Assembly (NCBI RefSeq): GCF_964355755.1
Contig: NC_092676.1
Location: 27,546,871-27,610,870, forward strand
DNA: 64,000 nucleotides
Direction of reading: 5' to 3'
Source of the DNA: Antedon mediterranea
Taxonomy: Eukaryota; Animalia; Echinodermata
Made by a program: the position numbers and the translations under genes. The notes under the pieces are model-generated. The model had not been told where the DNA came from and ran no database searches. It saw only the letters and a program-made list of their open reading frames with translations. Below, one piece after another: positions 62,597-64,000 of the stretch; the first letter of the stretch is position 1, and each line of letters begins with the position of its first letter.

Positions 62597-63356
62597 AGTG
62601 TGAACTAGGCTTGTTGATTTGTTGTATTGACAGTATAAACAAGTCAACTCTTACATTAAGACAGTGAAAGATTGATGGTAAATTCATTAGATTTTATTAA
62701 ATCTTTCTAGCAGAGTGCTGGATAATACTTCATGCATTACTGTAGGTGATTCTTACCTTTTAGCTATTGTGTATTCTAATATGTAAGCATCATAGCCATT
62801 GTTTTATAGCACAGCTAGCAATGGCATTTTGTAAATGTTAATCATTCAATCATCTTGTTAGCTGTACCACGAACTATCTTTTAAGTTTTTTAAATATCTT
62901 CACTAAATTGGAAAAAGTCCTATTTTAATGTGATTTTTTTCGTTTCATATTGTTTGTGTTTTAAATGGAATTTTGTTATTCTGAAATAAATCGATCTATC
63001 AATCAATCAATATTATACACAATCAAGAAAGACTACTTATTCTTATGTTCTTATCCATAGGTTTGAGGTATTTCAGGGCACTTAGTACATGCAGTCTAAC
63101 TTTTTTTTTCTCACAGTTTGTTTGAACCCCTGTCACCCTTCAGCACACCCTAAGAAGCCCCTTGATAACATTCTTTGTCTGTAAAAGGTCATGCACTTTG
63201 ACCTCCACCCTGCTTTTCTAGACTGCTTTCCTACAGGTGTATGATATAACCCACCCCAGTATTTACAGTAGATCATGATTATTAAACCATTCATGAATGC
63301 TATCTAAATTATTAAATTATTTCTAAAACGGAATGAAGAAGGATGGAGATTATTAA

Positions 63357-63593
63357 AGACACCTTCCCTACAATTTGTGACGTTTTGTAAAAATAATACA
63401 TATATATTACTTTAAAAACATTAAACCATGTCATTCCTTGTCTGGCGGCTATAATTCGAATCGACTTATTTTTCACATTTTTAACCGTTTAAAGACGAAA
63501 AAAGTTATCGCAATAGGACCATATAGTATTATTTTTACATTAAATATAGTTTGTGATCTTAAATTAGATCTAAAAAACGTAGGGAAGGGGGCT
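63357..63593. mobile_element. Kolobok-like MITE (TTAA TSD, AG termini)
   Basis: TTAA-AGACACCTTCCCTAC...GTAGGGAAGGGGGCT-TTAA. Confidence 0.75.
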
Positions 63594-64000
63594 TTAAGTA
63601 CTGCCACTCCCAGGGCTGCAAATTAAGGAATATTTGCGACCACATTTTTCATTATGAATCCACCTCTGATTTGATTTAATTATTTTCTTCAGAGATTCAT
63701 TGAATACACTTAATTAGTTAAGATGATTTAATGCTGGTAGTCTTCTATAGCATCTAAAATGAGCACTTCTCTTTAAACGCGGGCAGTATTGAATTTCTTA
63801 GAAAAGATGAAACAAACAAATGTCATTAATCTCGGCATGATTGTAGTACCGACACAATTTGGTTGGATGTAATTATTGTGCTAGGCGGAGTGGGTGCGAG
63901 AACTCCCACCTCACCCACTTTATTTTAACACCAATCCCAGGTATGAATGCTCCCACCCACCCTTTTTGTCATCCACCCCTCTCTAGTCTAACTACCTCCA

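Noticed and set aside
62000-64000. Search for the next DNAI7 exon (expected W..Y..CDG.PDP motif)
   Set aside because: No matching exon seen; the gene presumably continues beyond the window.
1-64000. Remaining short ORFs in the six-frame track; autonomous transposase, rRNA, snRNA or prokaryotic defence systems
   Set aside because: The ORFs are 60-110 aa AT-rich noise, antisense to real exons, or inside repeats. I recognised no diagnostic motifs for the other classes.

Overview
This window is AT-rich metazoan genomic DNA, not prokaryotic. An invertebrate deuterostome such as an echinoderm is my inference from the intron structure, a Deu-type SINE and mosaic CpG content. It holds two head-to-head spliced genes. 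The first is a complete 10-exon SLC7 L-type amino acid transporter light chain on the minus strand (29171 to 4520, 1449 nt CDS, 482 aa, all introns GT-AG, reading frame reconciled by hand). The second is the 5' part of a DNAI7/CASC1/CFAP94-like axonemal dynein gene on the plus strand: a probable ATG-only first coding exon at 34069, a ~25.8 kb first intron, then exons at 59913, 60717 and 61895, continuing out of the window. The rest is dense with non-autonomous DNA transposons: about 15 copies of one Harbinger-like MITE carrying CArG boxes, two Tc2/pogo-like families, Kolobok-like and hAT-like elements, and a 32-bp palindromic element. LINE/SINE remnants and tandem repeats are also present. The most unusual signal is that TAGGCCTA and TAC[A/T/C/G]GTA words behave as micro-insertions at TA sites, as shown by comparing repeat copies; they are probably transposon excision footprints. 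Their distribution and the CpG content both switch sharply near 34.6 kb. I found no CRISPR array, tRNA or rRNA gene, or autonomous transposase. Motif counts were made by eye and are approximate.
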